Virus record (IMG/VR): IMGVR_UViG_3300021505_000001
Span: 32,001-96,000 of that record
DNA length: 64,000 nucleotides
Source: a virus
Reading direction: 5' to 3' (one strand)
Of the stretch, positions 20,312-30,275 are shown piece after piece (position 1 is the first letter of the stretch; each line of letters begins with the position of its first letter). A model generated the notes under the pieces. The model had not been told where the DNA came from. It searched no databases and worked only from the letters and a program-made list of their open reading frames with translations. A program made the translations under genes and the position numbers.

Positions 20312-20827
20312 ATGAACAGTGTTGAATTTGTAACTAAATACATGATGTTAAGGCATCCTTATATTTTTCCATCAAAGATAAGTGTACTTGATTATCTTTT
20401 TATGTCAAATGGAAATGGTTGTGAATGGAAAAATGGTGAAATTCATCCATCTGAAGGGATTCCATCTGATTTGGATTTTGATAAATTAGCAGATTCTACT
20501 CGTAAAAAGATAGAAAGAAACAAGGATTATCCAGAAATCGTTAAGAGGCAATGTTATTTTATAATAGATAATGTGGATCTTTTGATTAAGAAAAACTATC
20601 CCTTCCAACCTTATCAAAATTATTATGGAATTTACAAGGATGTTTCCTTATGTACAAAAATACCTGATGATATTAAAGAGGATTGGCGTCGTGCCCTGCT
20701 TGGATTTATAAGATATTATAAACTTTATCTTAATGAGATGATGAAAGGCAAAGTTACCATTAGTGATACAAGTTATATTGAACAGATAACATATGTTGAA
20801 GCTATAATAAAACGTTGTGAAGAATAA
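20312..20827 (+). CDS. Hypothetical protein
   Basis: 171-aa ORF in operon. Confidence 0.7.
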   Translation: MNSVEFVTKYMMLRHPYIFPSKISVLDYLFMSNGNGCEWKNGEIHPSEGIPSDLDFDKLADSTRKKIERNKDYPEIVKRQCYFIIDNVDLLIKKNYPFQPYQNYYGIYKDVSLCTKIPDDIKEDWRRALLGFIRYYKLYLNEMMKGKVTISDTSYIEQITYVEAIIKRCEE

Positions 20828-20840
20828 AAGAGAGGCCATA

Positions 20841-23402
20841 ATGATACAGAGTATTCTTAAATTAAAAGACTTGAATTTTGAAAAGACATTTAAAGTAATG
20901 GGGGAGACTCTTCATTATTTTACAGTCAAGAATAAGAACTTAGGTATATATATTCTTGAGAGAGAAAAAGAAGAAGAGTTACGAATATGTGCTTGGAATA
21001 TTAGAAGTAGGCGTCCTTATATTAATTTTTTTACAACTCCAAAGGATAACTGTGTTAATACTATAAATACTCTTGTTCAGTCTAAATTGGATAGCTCTAA
21101 AGTACCAAACAGTTATATTCTTGCTATTCTTACAATACATACATTGAGGTGGCATAATGATTTTGCCTCTTCGTTACAAAAACAACTTATAAATACAGGA
21201 AGCTTAACTCGAAAACAGATAAGTTTTGTTCTTGGACTTACAAGTCCGAATGGAATGCCTACTTTGGAATCACAATGTTACCGTAAGGTTCCTTTAGAAG
21301 AAATAATATATATTTATTGTATAGGATATAATAAAAATCTTGAGAAACCAAAATCATCTACATTAAGAAAAAATAAAATCGTTAACTATAAGTATAAGAG
21401 TTTAGAACCTATATCACATGAATCTGTTGAATTAATACCTACTCAACAATACTCCTATTATAAGTATCCTTTTGAAAACTTTAATCCTATACAATCTGTA
21501 GTATATCCATATCAAGATGAGGATTGTAATATAGTCATAAGTGCTGCTACGAGTGCAGGAAAAACAATATGTGCTGAATTCTTTATAGATAAAGAACTTG
21601 AGAAGGGAAATAAAATTGTTTATTTATCCCCTCTTAAGTCTCTTACACAGGAAAAATATGATGATTGGAGTAAACGTTATGCAGATAAAGAAATTTGTAT
21701 AATGACAGGGGATTATGTTTTATCAAATGAAATGAAACGTAAGGCTATGAAAGCTGATATTATTGTTTTAACATCCGAAATGTTAGATAGCCGAACACGT
21801 AATATGTCTATTGAGAAAAATGAGTGGATTTATAAAGCAGGATTGTGTATTGTTGATGAATCTCATATTATAGGAACTGATAGAGGAAGTGCTGTTGAAG
21901 TTGGCTTAATGAGGTTTACAGATATTAATCCTACTGCTAGAATTGTACTTTTATCTGCTACAATGCCTAATGTTTATGATTTTAAAATTTGGTTAGAAAA
22001 TCTTAACCATAAAAAAACCAAAATTGTATATATGAAATGGCGTCCTGTTGAACTTGATGTTAGTTACATTGGACATATAAAAGGAACTTATCATGTTAAA
22101 GAAAAAGATAAAATTAATAAAGCGATTGAAGAGATACAAAAGAAACCGAAAGAAAAATTCCTTGTGTTCGTACATACAAAAGCAACGGGAAGAAAATTAA
22201 AAGATCGTCTTGAAGAAGAAGGAATAAAATGTGAATTTCATAATGCTGATTTATCCTTAAAGAATAGGTTATATATTGAAGATTCATTCTGTGATAGATC
22301 AGAAAGTTCTTTAAGAGTTATTATTGCTACTTCAACATTAGCTTGGGGTGTAAATTTACCTGCAAGGAATGTTATTATAGTAGGTGTTCATAGAGGTATT
22401 CAGGAAGTCGATGTTTTGGATATTATTCAGATGATGGGACGTGCAGGTAGGTTTGGGATAGATGATAAAGGATTTGTTAAACTTATTGTTCCAGAAAATA
22501 AAATAAAGTTGTGGAAACAATATATAGAGAAACAACGTCCAATCATGTCGAACCTTCTTGGAGTAGATGCTTTAACTTTTCATATACTTGCATCTATTTA
22601 TACTAATGATATACGTGTAAAGAATGATTTTAACAGATGGTATGAAAGATCATTTGCCAGAGTACAAGACCTCAATGTAAATAAAGATACTATTGATAAT
22701 ATTGTTAATAGTCTTTTAGAAATGAACATGATAAATATGGATGGAGATGTGATTCATTTAACTCCTTTAGGTAAGATAGCAGCATCTCTTTATTTTAGTC
22801 CTTTTGATATTTATGATTGGTATAAGAACTTCAACTATTTGTTTAGGAAAAAGGTGAAGTTAAATGATTCTACAATTGCTTGGGCGTTGTCGTCAGTATC
22901 CTCATATACTTTACCTTATGTTCCTTCTGATTTTGAAGGGTATTTACCTGATGTGCGTGTTACACTTACAAAGTGTGGTTTAAAAAAGTCTAATCTTAGT
23001 ATAAACATATTACACTATCTTGGATGTATAGCATCTTTAGATAATACTTTACATTTTCCGTCAGCTTTAAATCCTACTAAAAGGCTTTTTCAAACTGATT
23101 CAGGTAGGATTTGCACAGCTCTATCAATGATTGATTCTACTGTAGCTTTTTGGAACAAACAAAGTTTGTGGAAACAATTACCTATCAGAATGGAATTTGG
23201 AATACCATCATCTATGTTGGATTTGGTTAGGGTTCCTGGTATTGGTGGTAGAAGAGCACGTAGTTTATATGAAAAAGGGTTTTATTCTGTAAGTGATATA
23301 GCAAATGGGAATTTACATTTGATAATAGATGCTGTTAAATCAAAGAAAATAGCTGAAACTATTAAGAAAAATGCTATTAAGATATATAATAAAGAAAATT
23401 AA
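20841..23402 (+). CDS. Ski2-like (Hel308/Hjm-type) SF2 helicase with C-terminal HhH
   Basis: FNPIQ, AATSAGKT, PLKSL, DESH, LSAT, ATSTLAWGVNLPA, QMMGRAGR, VPGIGGRRA; ATG 20841 preferred over GTG 20817. Confidence 0.92.
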   Translation: MIQSILKLKDLNFEKTFKVMGETLHYFTVKNKNLGIYILEREKEEELRICAWNIRSRRPYINFFTTPKDNCVNTINTLVQSKLDSSKVPNSYILAILTIHTLRWHNDFASSLQKQLINTGSLTRKQISFVLGLTSPNGMPTLESQCYRKVPLEEIIYIYCIGYNKNLEKPKSSTLRKNKIVNYKYKSLEPISHESVELIPTQQYSYYKYPFENFNPIQSVVYPYQDEDCNIVISAATSAGKTICAEFFIDKELEKGNKIVYLSPLKSLTQEKYDDWSKRYADKEICIMTGDYVLSNEMKRKAMKADIIVLTSEMLDSRTRNMSIEKNEWIYKAGLCIVDESHIIGTDRGSAVEVGLMRFTDINPTARIVLLSATMPNVYDFKIWLENLNHKKTKIVYMKWRPVELDVSYIGHIKGTYHVKEKDKINKAIEEIQKKPKEKFLVFVHTKATGRKLKDRLEEEGIKCEFHNADLSLKNRLYIEDSFCDRSESSLRVIIATSTLAWGVNLPARNVIIVGVHRGIQEVDVLDIIQMMGRAGRFGIDDKGFVKLIVPENKIKLWKQYIEKQRPIMSNLLGVDALTFHILASIYTNDIRVKNDFNRWYERSFARVQDLNVNKDTIDNIVNSLLEMNMINMDGDVIHLTPLGKIAASLYFSPFDIYDWYKNFNYLFRKKVKLNDSTIAWALSSVSSYTLPYVPSDFEGYLPDVRVTLTKCGLKKSNLSINILHYLGCIASLDNTLHFPSALNPTKRLFQTDSGRICTALSMIDSTVAFWNKQSLWKQLPIRMEFGIPSSMLDLVRVPGIGGRRARSLYEKGFYSVSDIANGNLHLIIDAVKSKKIAETIKKNAIKIYNKEN

Positions 23403-23412
23403 AAATTCTGTT

Positions 23413-23440
23413 TTGAAAAATTTTATTTTTTGTGTATAAT
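23413..23440 (+). promoter_or_regulatory. Sigma70-type promoter
   Basis: TTGAAA-16 nt-TATAAT with TGTG immediately before the -10. Confidence 0.5.
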
Positions 23441-23467
23441 TATCTAAAAGTCATAAGAGGTATAGAT

Positions 23468-24058
23468 ATGAACACATACCATATTTGTGTAGATGGTAAA
23501 TGGTTTTGTGGTGAAGAAGATATTCAATCTTTACCAAAAGAGGATATACCTAATTTTATATATACCTATGGTGATTTTGCTATTAGAATGTCAGAGAGTG
23601 AAGAAGATGCAAAAGATGTGATTGGTAGAATAAATTTAATTAACAGTTTGAATAGAATACTAAATTGTATACAACCATCAGTAAAGATGGAAATTATTGA
23701 GAGAAGTAAAAATAGAAGTGTTGTAAGGTGGGCAAGTTTTAAAGAAACAAAAGGCATGCCTATTTCTATTAAAGGTTTTGATGGATGGTTTATTCAAGGT
23801 AAAAAAGGGCAACATTGGGAAAGTTATCTTGAAGCAATTGGTGAAAGTTTAATTCCATATGCAAATGCTATTCGTGAAAGTGTAATAAAAAATAATATTC
23901 GGTACAAAGGTTCTGAGCATATATATAGTGATAATGGAATTCCTGTCTTTGATAATAATACAATTGGAGTATTTTCATTTCATGCTTGGGGAGATATTAT
24001 GGCTGCTATATGGTCAGATATAGATAATAGAGATTATACCTATATAGATTTTATATAA
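23468..24058 (+). CDS. Hypothetical protein
   Basis: ATG at 23468 after AGAGG. Confidence 0.65.
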   Translation: MNTYHICVDGKWFCGEEDIQSLPKEDIPNFIYTYGDFAIRMSESEEDAKDVIGRINLINSLNRILNCIQPSVKMEIIERSKNRSVVRWASFKETKGMPISIKGFDGWFIQGKKGQHWESYLEAIGESLIPYANAIRESVIKNNIRYKGSEHIYSDNGIPVFDNNTIGVFSFHAWGDIMAAIWSDIDNRDYTYIDFI

Positions 24059-24083
24059 AGGCAAGTTATGTAGGAGGGTAATT

Positions 24084-24437
24084 ATGAATTTTTTACATCA
24101 ATTAAAGCCCGGTGATAAAGTTATAGTAAAGAGAGAAATTCCCACTACATCTATTCCTGTAATAGGTACAGTTAGTAGGTGTACAAAAAATTTGGTGGTA
24201 GTTTCCTTTAAAGGGAAAGAAGTATGGAAGTTTAAAAAGTCAAATGGACGTTTATATGGGGGAAGTGTTTATGAACCTTATTTTCTTATGGAAGCTACAC
24301 CAGAAAGAATTTCTGTGATAAAAGAGAGACAGAGACGTAAACGTCTGAAAGATAACATCAAAGATTTTGTTTTAAGTGATAAGTTGGATAAGTTAACAAG
24401 TGAAAAACTTGAAGCAATAGCAAAATTGTTAGTATAA
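24084..24437 (+). CDS. Hypothetical small beta-barrel (KOW/SH3-like) protein
   Basis: LKPGDKVIV...GTVSR; GGAGG RBS. Confidence 0.65.
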   Translation: MNFLHQLKPGDKVIVKREIPTTSIPVIGTVSRCTKNLVVVSFKGKEVWKFKKSNGRLYGGSVYEPYFLMEATPERISVIKERQRRKRLKDNIKDFVLSDKLDKLTSEKLEAIAKLLV

Positions 24438-24477
24438 TTAGTATATAAAGAAATTTATAGGTATAAGGAGATAACCG

Positions 24478-26523
24478 ATGAAAATTGTAATAAAGAAAGA
24501 TAGTGAGCTTTTTAATAATTTAAATACAGCTTTTGCAGATTTTCAAGAGAAGAACGAGAATCTTTTTTTTGTAGATATCTCAAACGATGAATTGAATTCG
24601 GTGTTTAAAAAACACGTTAAAAAAACACCTATTTTTAGGAAAAGTTTTGAGTGGGACTGCTCGTGTTGTAGGCATTCTATAAGAGATATAGCTAAAGTTG
24701 TAACTATACAAGATAATAAAAAAATACCTTTTTTGCAGTATGTTTTGGATAAGTATGATTTAAAATCTAATTACTCATTTCTTCATGAAATGTTTTTAGA
24801 TTATATAGATATGGCTCGCTTGGCAAATATAAAGGGTCTTTTTTATTATAGGTATCCAGTGATAGGAGTAAAACAAAGTCTTGAATCTTCATCTGGTTTT
24901 ATTTTCCATCATGTTTATTTTAATGTCGCTCTTAAGTATCAAAGGATTAAACAAGATGAAAATAATAATTTTTTGGGACTGAAAGCAACTGTTACAAAGT
25001 ATTATCCATATACTAACATCTTAAAAGATGTTCTCTTTTATATTAAAGAAGGATTTATTTATAGGGGTACAGAAAAACAGAAGTTAATAGAAGATACAAT
25101 AGACCTTTTAACAAACAAATTTAGTATTAAATATAATGTAGATTTGTTTGTATGGGAAAATATTTTTTCTAGGGTTGCGAATTTTAACAATGATGTTATA
25201 TCTACTCTTGTGGATGACTTAATCAAGGATAATAGAAACGTAGAAAAAGCAATTGATTCTTATAATAAGAAAGTATCTCCTATAAATTACAGGCAACCAA
25301 AAGCCACAATTATTTCACCATCACAAATCAAACAGTGTGAATTGGATTTAAAGAGACTTGGGTATGATAATTTTGTTGAAAACTTTTCTTTTGCAAATCC
25401 TTCAGATATTTCAATATTGGATATCTTGTGGACTAGTAGGAAAGTTTCAGGAGGCAGATTGTCAGATTTATTGGTTGATAACGTAAAACAGCCAACAGTA
25501 AATGATAAAAATGTTACAAAGATTACATTCGGTGATTTTATTGAACTTTTGAAAACCACTAAAAATATAGAAATTGATAGTTCTGTTTTGGAAAAAGTTG
25601 TTTTGATTAAAGACAACTTTCCTAAACCAGTGTTTGCTTGGGACAATCATATAAATTTCTGTTATCAGACAGGATTAGCTGATGTTAATGATATGATAAG
25701 TAAGAAAGTAAAAAACAAAGGAGGTGTTATTGACGCTGAGTTAAGGTTTTCCTTGTATTGGGAAAACTTAGATGATTTAGATTTACACCTGGAGGATAAA
25801 TCTGCAAATTGTCATATTTATTGGAATCATAAACATGATCCTTACATTTCTTTCAAGTTAGATGTAGATATGAATGTTGAGTTTCCTGTTGCAGGTGCGG
25901 TTGAAAATATTTTTACAAAAAGAATTGAAAGTAAAGATATTGCACGGGAATTTTTGGTTTACGTTAATAATTTTAAGAAAAGAGAGAGATCACAAAAATG
26001 TTTATTGAATGTTTACCACAATAATAAGATAATAAAACAGTATATGTTTAAAAATCCTCCAGATGATAATAAGATTAAATTATTCAAATTTAAGATAGAC
26101 AAAGAAAAGAATATAATTTTTACTTGGTCTAACAAACAAGCGGAAAGAAAAGTACAGCATGAAACAAAGTTTGTTAAAGTTGATACTGTTCTGCTTTCAC
26201 CTAATTATTGGTTGGAAAATGGAAAAGGAAATAAACATATCTTTTTCCTTAAGAAAGGGGAACCTATTAAATTGACAAATATAAGACCCTATAATATAGA
26301 ACAATTGTTGCCTGAACTGGTAAAACACAGAAAGGTGCTACAGTTGTTATCAAAAAGGATAGAACTTAAAGGAAAACCACAACTTACTGGTTGGGGGATT
26401 TCATTTGGTAAGAAAAGAGAATTTATAATTAAAGTGAATGGTAGACCTTATAAACTTGTAATAGACCCAACTTATGAGTTACAAAAGTCTAATGTAAAAC
26501 AATTAAAAGTAGCTAATGTATAA
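24478..26523 (+). CDS. Phage protein with CSCC motif and C-terminal YfaP-like (DLDLH) module
   Basis: WDCSCCRH; LRFSLYW..LDDLDLHL; LDVDMN...AVENI. Confidence 0.7.
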   Translation: MKIVIKKDSELFNNLNTAFADFQEKNENLFFVDISNDELNSVFKKHVKKTPIFRKSFEWDCSCCRHSIRDIAKVVTIQDNKKIPFLQYVLDKYDLKSNYSFLHEMFLDYIDMARLANIKGLFYYRYPVIGVKQSLESSSGFIFHHVYFNVALKYQRIKQDENNNFLGLKATVTKYYPYTNILKDVLFYIKEGFIYRGTEKQKLIEDTIDLLTNKFSIKYNVDLFVWENIFSRVANFNNDVISTLVDDLIKDNRNVEKAIDSYNKKVSPINYRQPKATIISPSQIKQCELDLKRLGYDNFVENFSFANPSDISILDILWTSRKVSGGRLSDLLVDNVKQPTVNDKNVTKITFGDFIELLKTTKNIEIDSSVLEKVVLIKDNFPKPVFAWDNHINFCYQTGLADVNDMISKKVKNKGGVIDAELRFSLYWENLDDLDLHLEDKSANCHIYWNHKHDPYISFKLDVDMNVEFPVAGAVENIFTKRIESKDIAREFLVYVNNFKKRERSQKCLLNVYHNNKIIKQYMFKNPPDDNKIKLFKFKIDKEKNIIFTWSNKQAERKVQHETKFVKVDTVLLSPNYWLENGKGNKHIFFLKKGEPIKLTNIRPYNIEQLLPELVKHRKVLQLLSKRIELKGKPQLTGWGISFGKKREFIIKVNGRPYKLVIDPTYELQKSNVKQLKVANV

Positions 26524-26532
26524 AAGGAGGTT

Positions 26533-26922
26533 ATGATGGATTATAAGAATTTTTTTAAAGCTTGTGAGAAGAATTTGTTTTTTGAGACTGAAAAAGGTGT
26601 TTTGTCTACGTATGATTTGTTTAGGCTGTCAACAGATAATTTGAAGAAAATTTATATCAAGCTTAAACAGAAGGCAATTGTAGATGATGACCCAATTCTT
26701 GCAGAAACACCTAATGAATATAAGAATGATTTGCTTCGATTTGAGATAGTGAAGGATGTTATACTGTACAGGCAAGAGAAGGCAAAAAGAAACGAACTGT
26801 TGGCTAAGAAGAAACAACTTGAAGATATGCTTAATCAAATTAAATTTAAACAATTGCAAGAAGATCCAACAGCAATTGAGAAGGAGTTGGATAAGATTAA
26901 AAAGTCTTTGGAAGAGGATTAA
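26533..26922 (+). CDS. Coiled-coil protein, probable partner of 24478..26523
   Basis: LFFETEKGVLSTYDLFRL; GGAGG RBS. Confidence 0.7.
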   Translation: MMDYKNFFKACEKNLFFETEKGVLSTYDLFRLSTDNLKKIYIKLKQKAIVDDDPILAETPNEYKNDLLRFEIVKDVILYRQEKAKRNELLAKKKQLEDMLNQIKFKQLQEDPTAIEKELDKIKKSLEED

Positions 26923-26938
26923 AAAGTCTTTGGAAGAA
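26895..26938 (+). repeat. 22-bp tandem duplication
   Basis: GATTAAAAAGTCTTTGGAAGA(G/A) x2. Confidence 0.9.
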
Positions 26939-26957
26939 GATTATAAGATTAAATAGC

Positions 26958-26997
26958 ACATTTTCCTGATAGATTTTAAAATCTATCAGGAAAATGT
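26958..26997. repeat. Perfect 40-bp palindrome (probable terminator)
   Basis: ACATTTTCCTGATAGATTTT|AAAATCTATCAGGAAAATGT. Confidence 0.9.
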
Positions 26998-27016
26998 TTT
27001 TTAAAAGAGGGAAAGA

Positions 27017-27673
27017 ATGATTACAGAATCAGTCTTAAAGAATTTTTTAGGTAAGGATTCTCTTCATGAAACACCTTATTATGACCATGAATTTACATAT
27101 TATACTGATGGCTTTGTAATATTAAGGATTCCTTCTACAGATAGTAAAACAGAGCTTACTACTGAGGAAAAAAGTATCATAAAACGAATTAAATCTTTGC
27201 CATGGCAGAATAATAAAGAGTTATTTCCAGAATGGGTTTCTTTACCAAAAGATGTAGAAATAAAACAGGAAATATGTTCTCGTTGTAATGGAACGGGAAA
27301 AGAGATGACATGTCCTGAATGTGAAGGTTTAGGTTATGTTAGTTGGGAAACAGAAAAGCATATATATGAAGCAGAATGTCTTGAGTGTAATGGCTTAGGT
27401 TATCTTTTACCAACTATAGTAGAAGATGATAGATTGCTAGAGTGTTCTGAATGTAAAGGTAAAGGAAAAATAGATAAGATAGAAATTGCATTAGAAGTAG
27501 CAGGTGTTTCTTTATCAAATGTCATGGTAAAAAAATTGTCTCTTTTACCTAATGTTAAGATTCTTGCAAAAGAGATAGGATATGAAATTTTATATTTTAG
27601 TTTTGATGATAACTGTGATGGATTAGTAATGGGTTATATACCAGGAAATTCTGTTAGTGCTGTTTCAAAGTGA
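27017..27673 (+). CDS. Protein with DnaJ-type CxxCxGxG zinc finger
   Basis: CSRCNGTG, CPECEGLG, CLECNGLG, CSECKGKG; no J-domain HPD. Confidence 0.8.
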   Translation: MITESVLKNFLGKDSLHETPYYDHEFTYYTDGFVILRIPSTDSKTELTTEEKSIIKRIKSLPWQNNKELFPEWVSLPKDVEIKQEICSRCNGTGKEMTCPECEGLGYVSWETEKHIYEAECLECNGLGYLLPTIVEDDRLLECSECKGKGKIDKIEIALEVAGVSLSNVMVKKLSLLPNVKILAKEIGYEILYFSFDDNCDGLVMGYIPGNSVSAVSK

Positions 27674-27849
27674 TAGTAGGATTACAAAAGAATTAGTTTT
27701 ACAGTACTTGTTTAAAGAGTTAGAAGATAAAGCAAAAACTTTTTTAAAGAATATGCCTACAATGGAAAGGAGGTGATGAAATATAAGTAAATATTAGGGT
27801 TATATGTAATAAATGAATTTTTAATTTTTAAAGAAAAAGGAGAAAATGT

Positions 27850-28719
27850 ATGAAGGAAAAAATGAATGTGAAAAGATTTATAGGTATCATCTTAATTTTG
27901 TTACTAATTGTCTGTACAAGTAAGTATGTTTGTGCTAGTCTTATAAAAATGTCTGATTGGGGGTTTGATCCTACTGGTACAGGTACAAATATAGTAACTC
28001 CTGTTGATGAAATTACATTACTTTCATTGACGTTGAACAATAGTTCGCCAACCTATTTTGGACATGGTACATTTAAAACGTTAAGTGCCATGCAGGCAGA
28101 ACATTTTCAAAACAATAACATAGCCATTACACCTACAAGCTTAGGTGTAATGTATGAGATAACAGGTGTTATGATTACGGAAGGATATTATAACCGTAAC
28201 TCAACTACAGGTTTAAATGATTTAACATTTACAAATGGAAGTTTGAATTTGTATATTGATAACACTTTAAATTATGGAACCGATAATGGTTTCTTTGGGG
28301 CTGATAATGGCAATCTGATTGCTTCTTTTGCATTGGATAGTGGGTCAGGAACTATGAATTATAATATACCATATCCTGATGGACGTACTGATCTGATTTG
28401 GAGGTCAACATATCTTGCCCCAGGTTATTGGTATGGTCCTAATCAGGTAGATATGTCAGGTGTAATGGAATTGGCAATTACCGATTCCAACAATACCATT
28501 ATTAGAAACCCTTCGATTATAGCTCAAAATGAGTTTACAGATAATACAGGCATGATATACACACAAGCTGGTGATGTAGCAGATATACAGAACTTTATTA
28601 GTTCTAATGGATCGCTGGCTCCAGCGGCTCCTGTTCCTGAACCTTGTACTTTATTATTGTTTGGTTCGGGTTTATGTTTTATAGGATTTGTAAGTAAGTC
28701 AAAAAGGATATTTGGATAA
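27850..28719 (+). CDS. PEP-CTERM sorting-domain surface protein (PepA-like)
   Basis: N-terminal signal peptide; C-terminal VPEP + hydrophobic helix + basic tail (VPEPCTLLLFGSGLCFIGFVSKSKR). Confidence 0.9.
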   Translation: MKEKMNVKRFIGIILILLLIVCTSKYVCASLIKMSDWGFDPTGTGTNIVTPVDEITLLSLTLNNSSPTYFGHGTFKTLSAMQAEHFQNNNIAITPTSLGVMYEITGVMITEGYYNRNSTTGLNDLTFTNGSLNLYIDNTLNYGTDNGFFGADNGNLIASFALDSGSGTMNYNIPYPDGRTDLIWRSTYLAPGYWYGPNQVDMSGVMELAITDSNNTIIRNPSIIAQNEFTDNTGMIYTQAGDVADIQNFISSNGSLAPAAPVPEPCTLLLFGSGLCFIGFVSKSKRIFG

Positions 28720-28729
28720 CATAATTGTT

Positions 28730-28758
28730 GCCCTTGATAGATTAATTCTATCAAGGGC
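28730..28758 (+). terminator. Hairpin terminator after the PEP-CTERM gene
   Basis: GCCCTTGATAGA-TTAAT-TCTATCAAGGGC. Confidence 0.7.
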
Positions 28759-28979
28759 TTACTTTAAATATTTCTTTTTGAATAGATAAAGTTTTTTGAA
28801 AGGAGTAATATTTGATGAAAACTTTCTTTTTTGAAATATTTGGATTTCTTTACAAAAAACTTTGGGTTGAAGCTATAGTTATTACGAACTCTTGTTGAAT
28901 TTGAATAAATACTTTTATAGTATCTTCCTTTTTTGATTATAAGAGAGAAGATGCTGTTTATATTGTATCTGAAGATAGG

Positions 28980-29546
28980 TTGATTTGCATTATGAATACT
29001 GAAGAATGGCTTAAACAAAATACCTTTAGGTGTCCTATAGGACGTGTGTCCTTAAAACAGTGTGAATCATTAAGGAAACGACCTGTCTTTGGTGAAAAAA
29101 TATCATTGAGCACACCAAATGATTATAATTTATACATGCCAAGGGTGTGTGAGAAGTGTACTGAATGGAAAAAATTTGCTGACTCTTATAGGAATGAGTC
29201 TATAAAAAAGAAAGAAAATCGTAAGGAGAAGAATCAAATGAAGGAAACAGTTATTTGTAAAGAATGTGGAGGAAAGTTTGAACCTTATAAGAATGGGAAA
29301 AATATAATAACAAGTTATTGTCCTGAATGTTTAAGAATTAAAAAACAAAAAGGAATTTTGAAACGTAAGGTGGAAAAGAATGCTGAAAAACTGCTTTTTT
29401 GTATTCGTTTAACAGGATTTCCTAACTTATATGATCAACTTATAAAATCAGCAAACAAAAACATAAGGACTCCTGAACACCAGGCAATAGCTTATCTTGT
29501 TGAGAGTTTAGAAGCTGATGGTTTTAAAATTGAGAGGGAATACTAA
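28980..29546 (+). CDS. Hypothetical Cys-rich (zinc ribbon) protein
   Basis: CEKC, CKECG, CPEC; start uncertain. Confidence 0.6.
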   Translation: MICIMNTEEWLKQNTFRCPIGRVSLKQCESLRKRPVFGEKISLSTPNDYNLYMPRVCEKCTEWKKFADSYRNESIKKKENRKEKNQMKETVICKECGGKFEPYKNGKNIITSYCPECLRIKKQKGILKRKVEKNAEKLLFCIRLTGFPNLYDQLIKSANKNIRTPEHQAIAYLVESLEADGFKIEREY

Positions 29547-29588
29547 TTAAGAATAAAATAAATTATTGAAAATACAGGAGATATTTAT

Positions 29589-29789
29589 ATGAGTGAAACA
29601 ACTTTATATTGTATAGGAGGTGTTGAAAAAACTCATAAAATACAATTTCTAAATCAACAAAAAGATTTATTATTATCTTGGGCTAAAGGAATGGTAGGGG
29701 TTTTGCCTGTTTTCAATAATCTAAAAGATGCTATAGAATATGTTGGGGATAGTGATTTGGAAATATATTCCATTAAAGTGGAAAAATAA
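29589..29789 (+). CDS. Hypothetical protein
   Basis: 66 aa, AGGAG RBS. Confidence 0.65.
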   Translation: MSETTLYCIGGVEKTHKIQFLNQQKDLLLSWAKGMVGVLPVFNNLKDAIEYVGDSDLEIYSIKVEK

Positions 29790-30025
29790 ATAGAAATTGT
29801 TATCTCTAACATATTCAAAAAACCATTATATAGAAAGAAAAGCCTTACTATGCTAAGTTCTGTTTTAAAAAATAACTTAGTCATTTGTATAAAACCATTT
29901 TTTAAGGAAGTAAAAACCTTGCAAGCAGTAAAGGTTTTTAGATATGTTGAAAGTAAATATAAACATCCGACCAATAGTAACCCACCTAAATTTCCATCCT
30001 GCATTGCATATTAAAGGAGTGATAA

Positions 30026-30202
30026 ATGATTACATCTATATCTTTTAAGTCTAAAAGACAAGAATCCCAATTAAATATATATTTTGAACAAGAAAATGTA
30101 ATAGTAGATATTAATGGTGAAGATATTGTTGAATTGGAATCTGAAGATGTTGTGTTGTTGCTTGACTTACTAAAAAGTTATGGGAAGAAAAGGGATATTT
30201 AA
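30026..30202 (+). CDS. Small hypothetical protein (58 aa, not in ORF track)
   Basis: AAGGAG RBS, MITSISFKSK...KRDI*. Confidence 0.6.
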   Translation: MITSISFKSKRQESQLNIYFEQENVIVDINGEDIVELESEDVVLLLDLLKSYGKKRDI

Positions 30203-30275
30203 AGATTTGTTTGTGGTGTAGTTTGTAAAACATCTTAATAGATATGTGATGATAAGTTGAGTAGAGGTTTGATAA

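Noticed and set aside
27017-27673. DnaJ chaperone
   Set aside because: Only the CxxCxGxG zinc finger is present; there is no J-domain or HPD motif.
27776-27790. MKYK minigene upstream of the PEP-CTERM gene
   Set aside because: The SD-like AGGAGGTG abuts the ATG with no spacing, so initiation is doubtful.
29790-30013. Open frame continuing after the stop of 29589..29789, and antisense ORF 29654..30004
   Set aside because: No RBS or recognisable motif; may be a gene remnant but cannot be supported.
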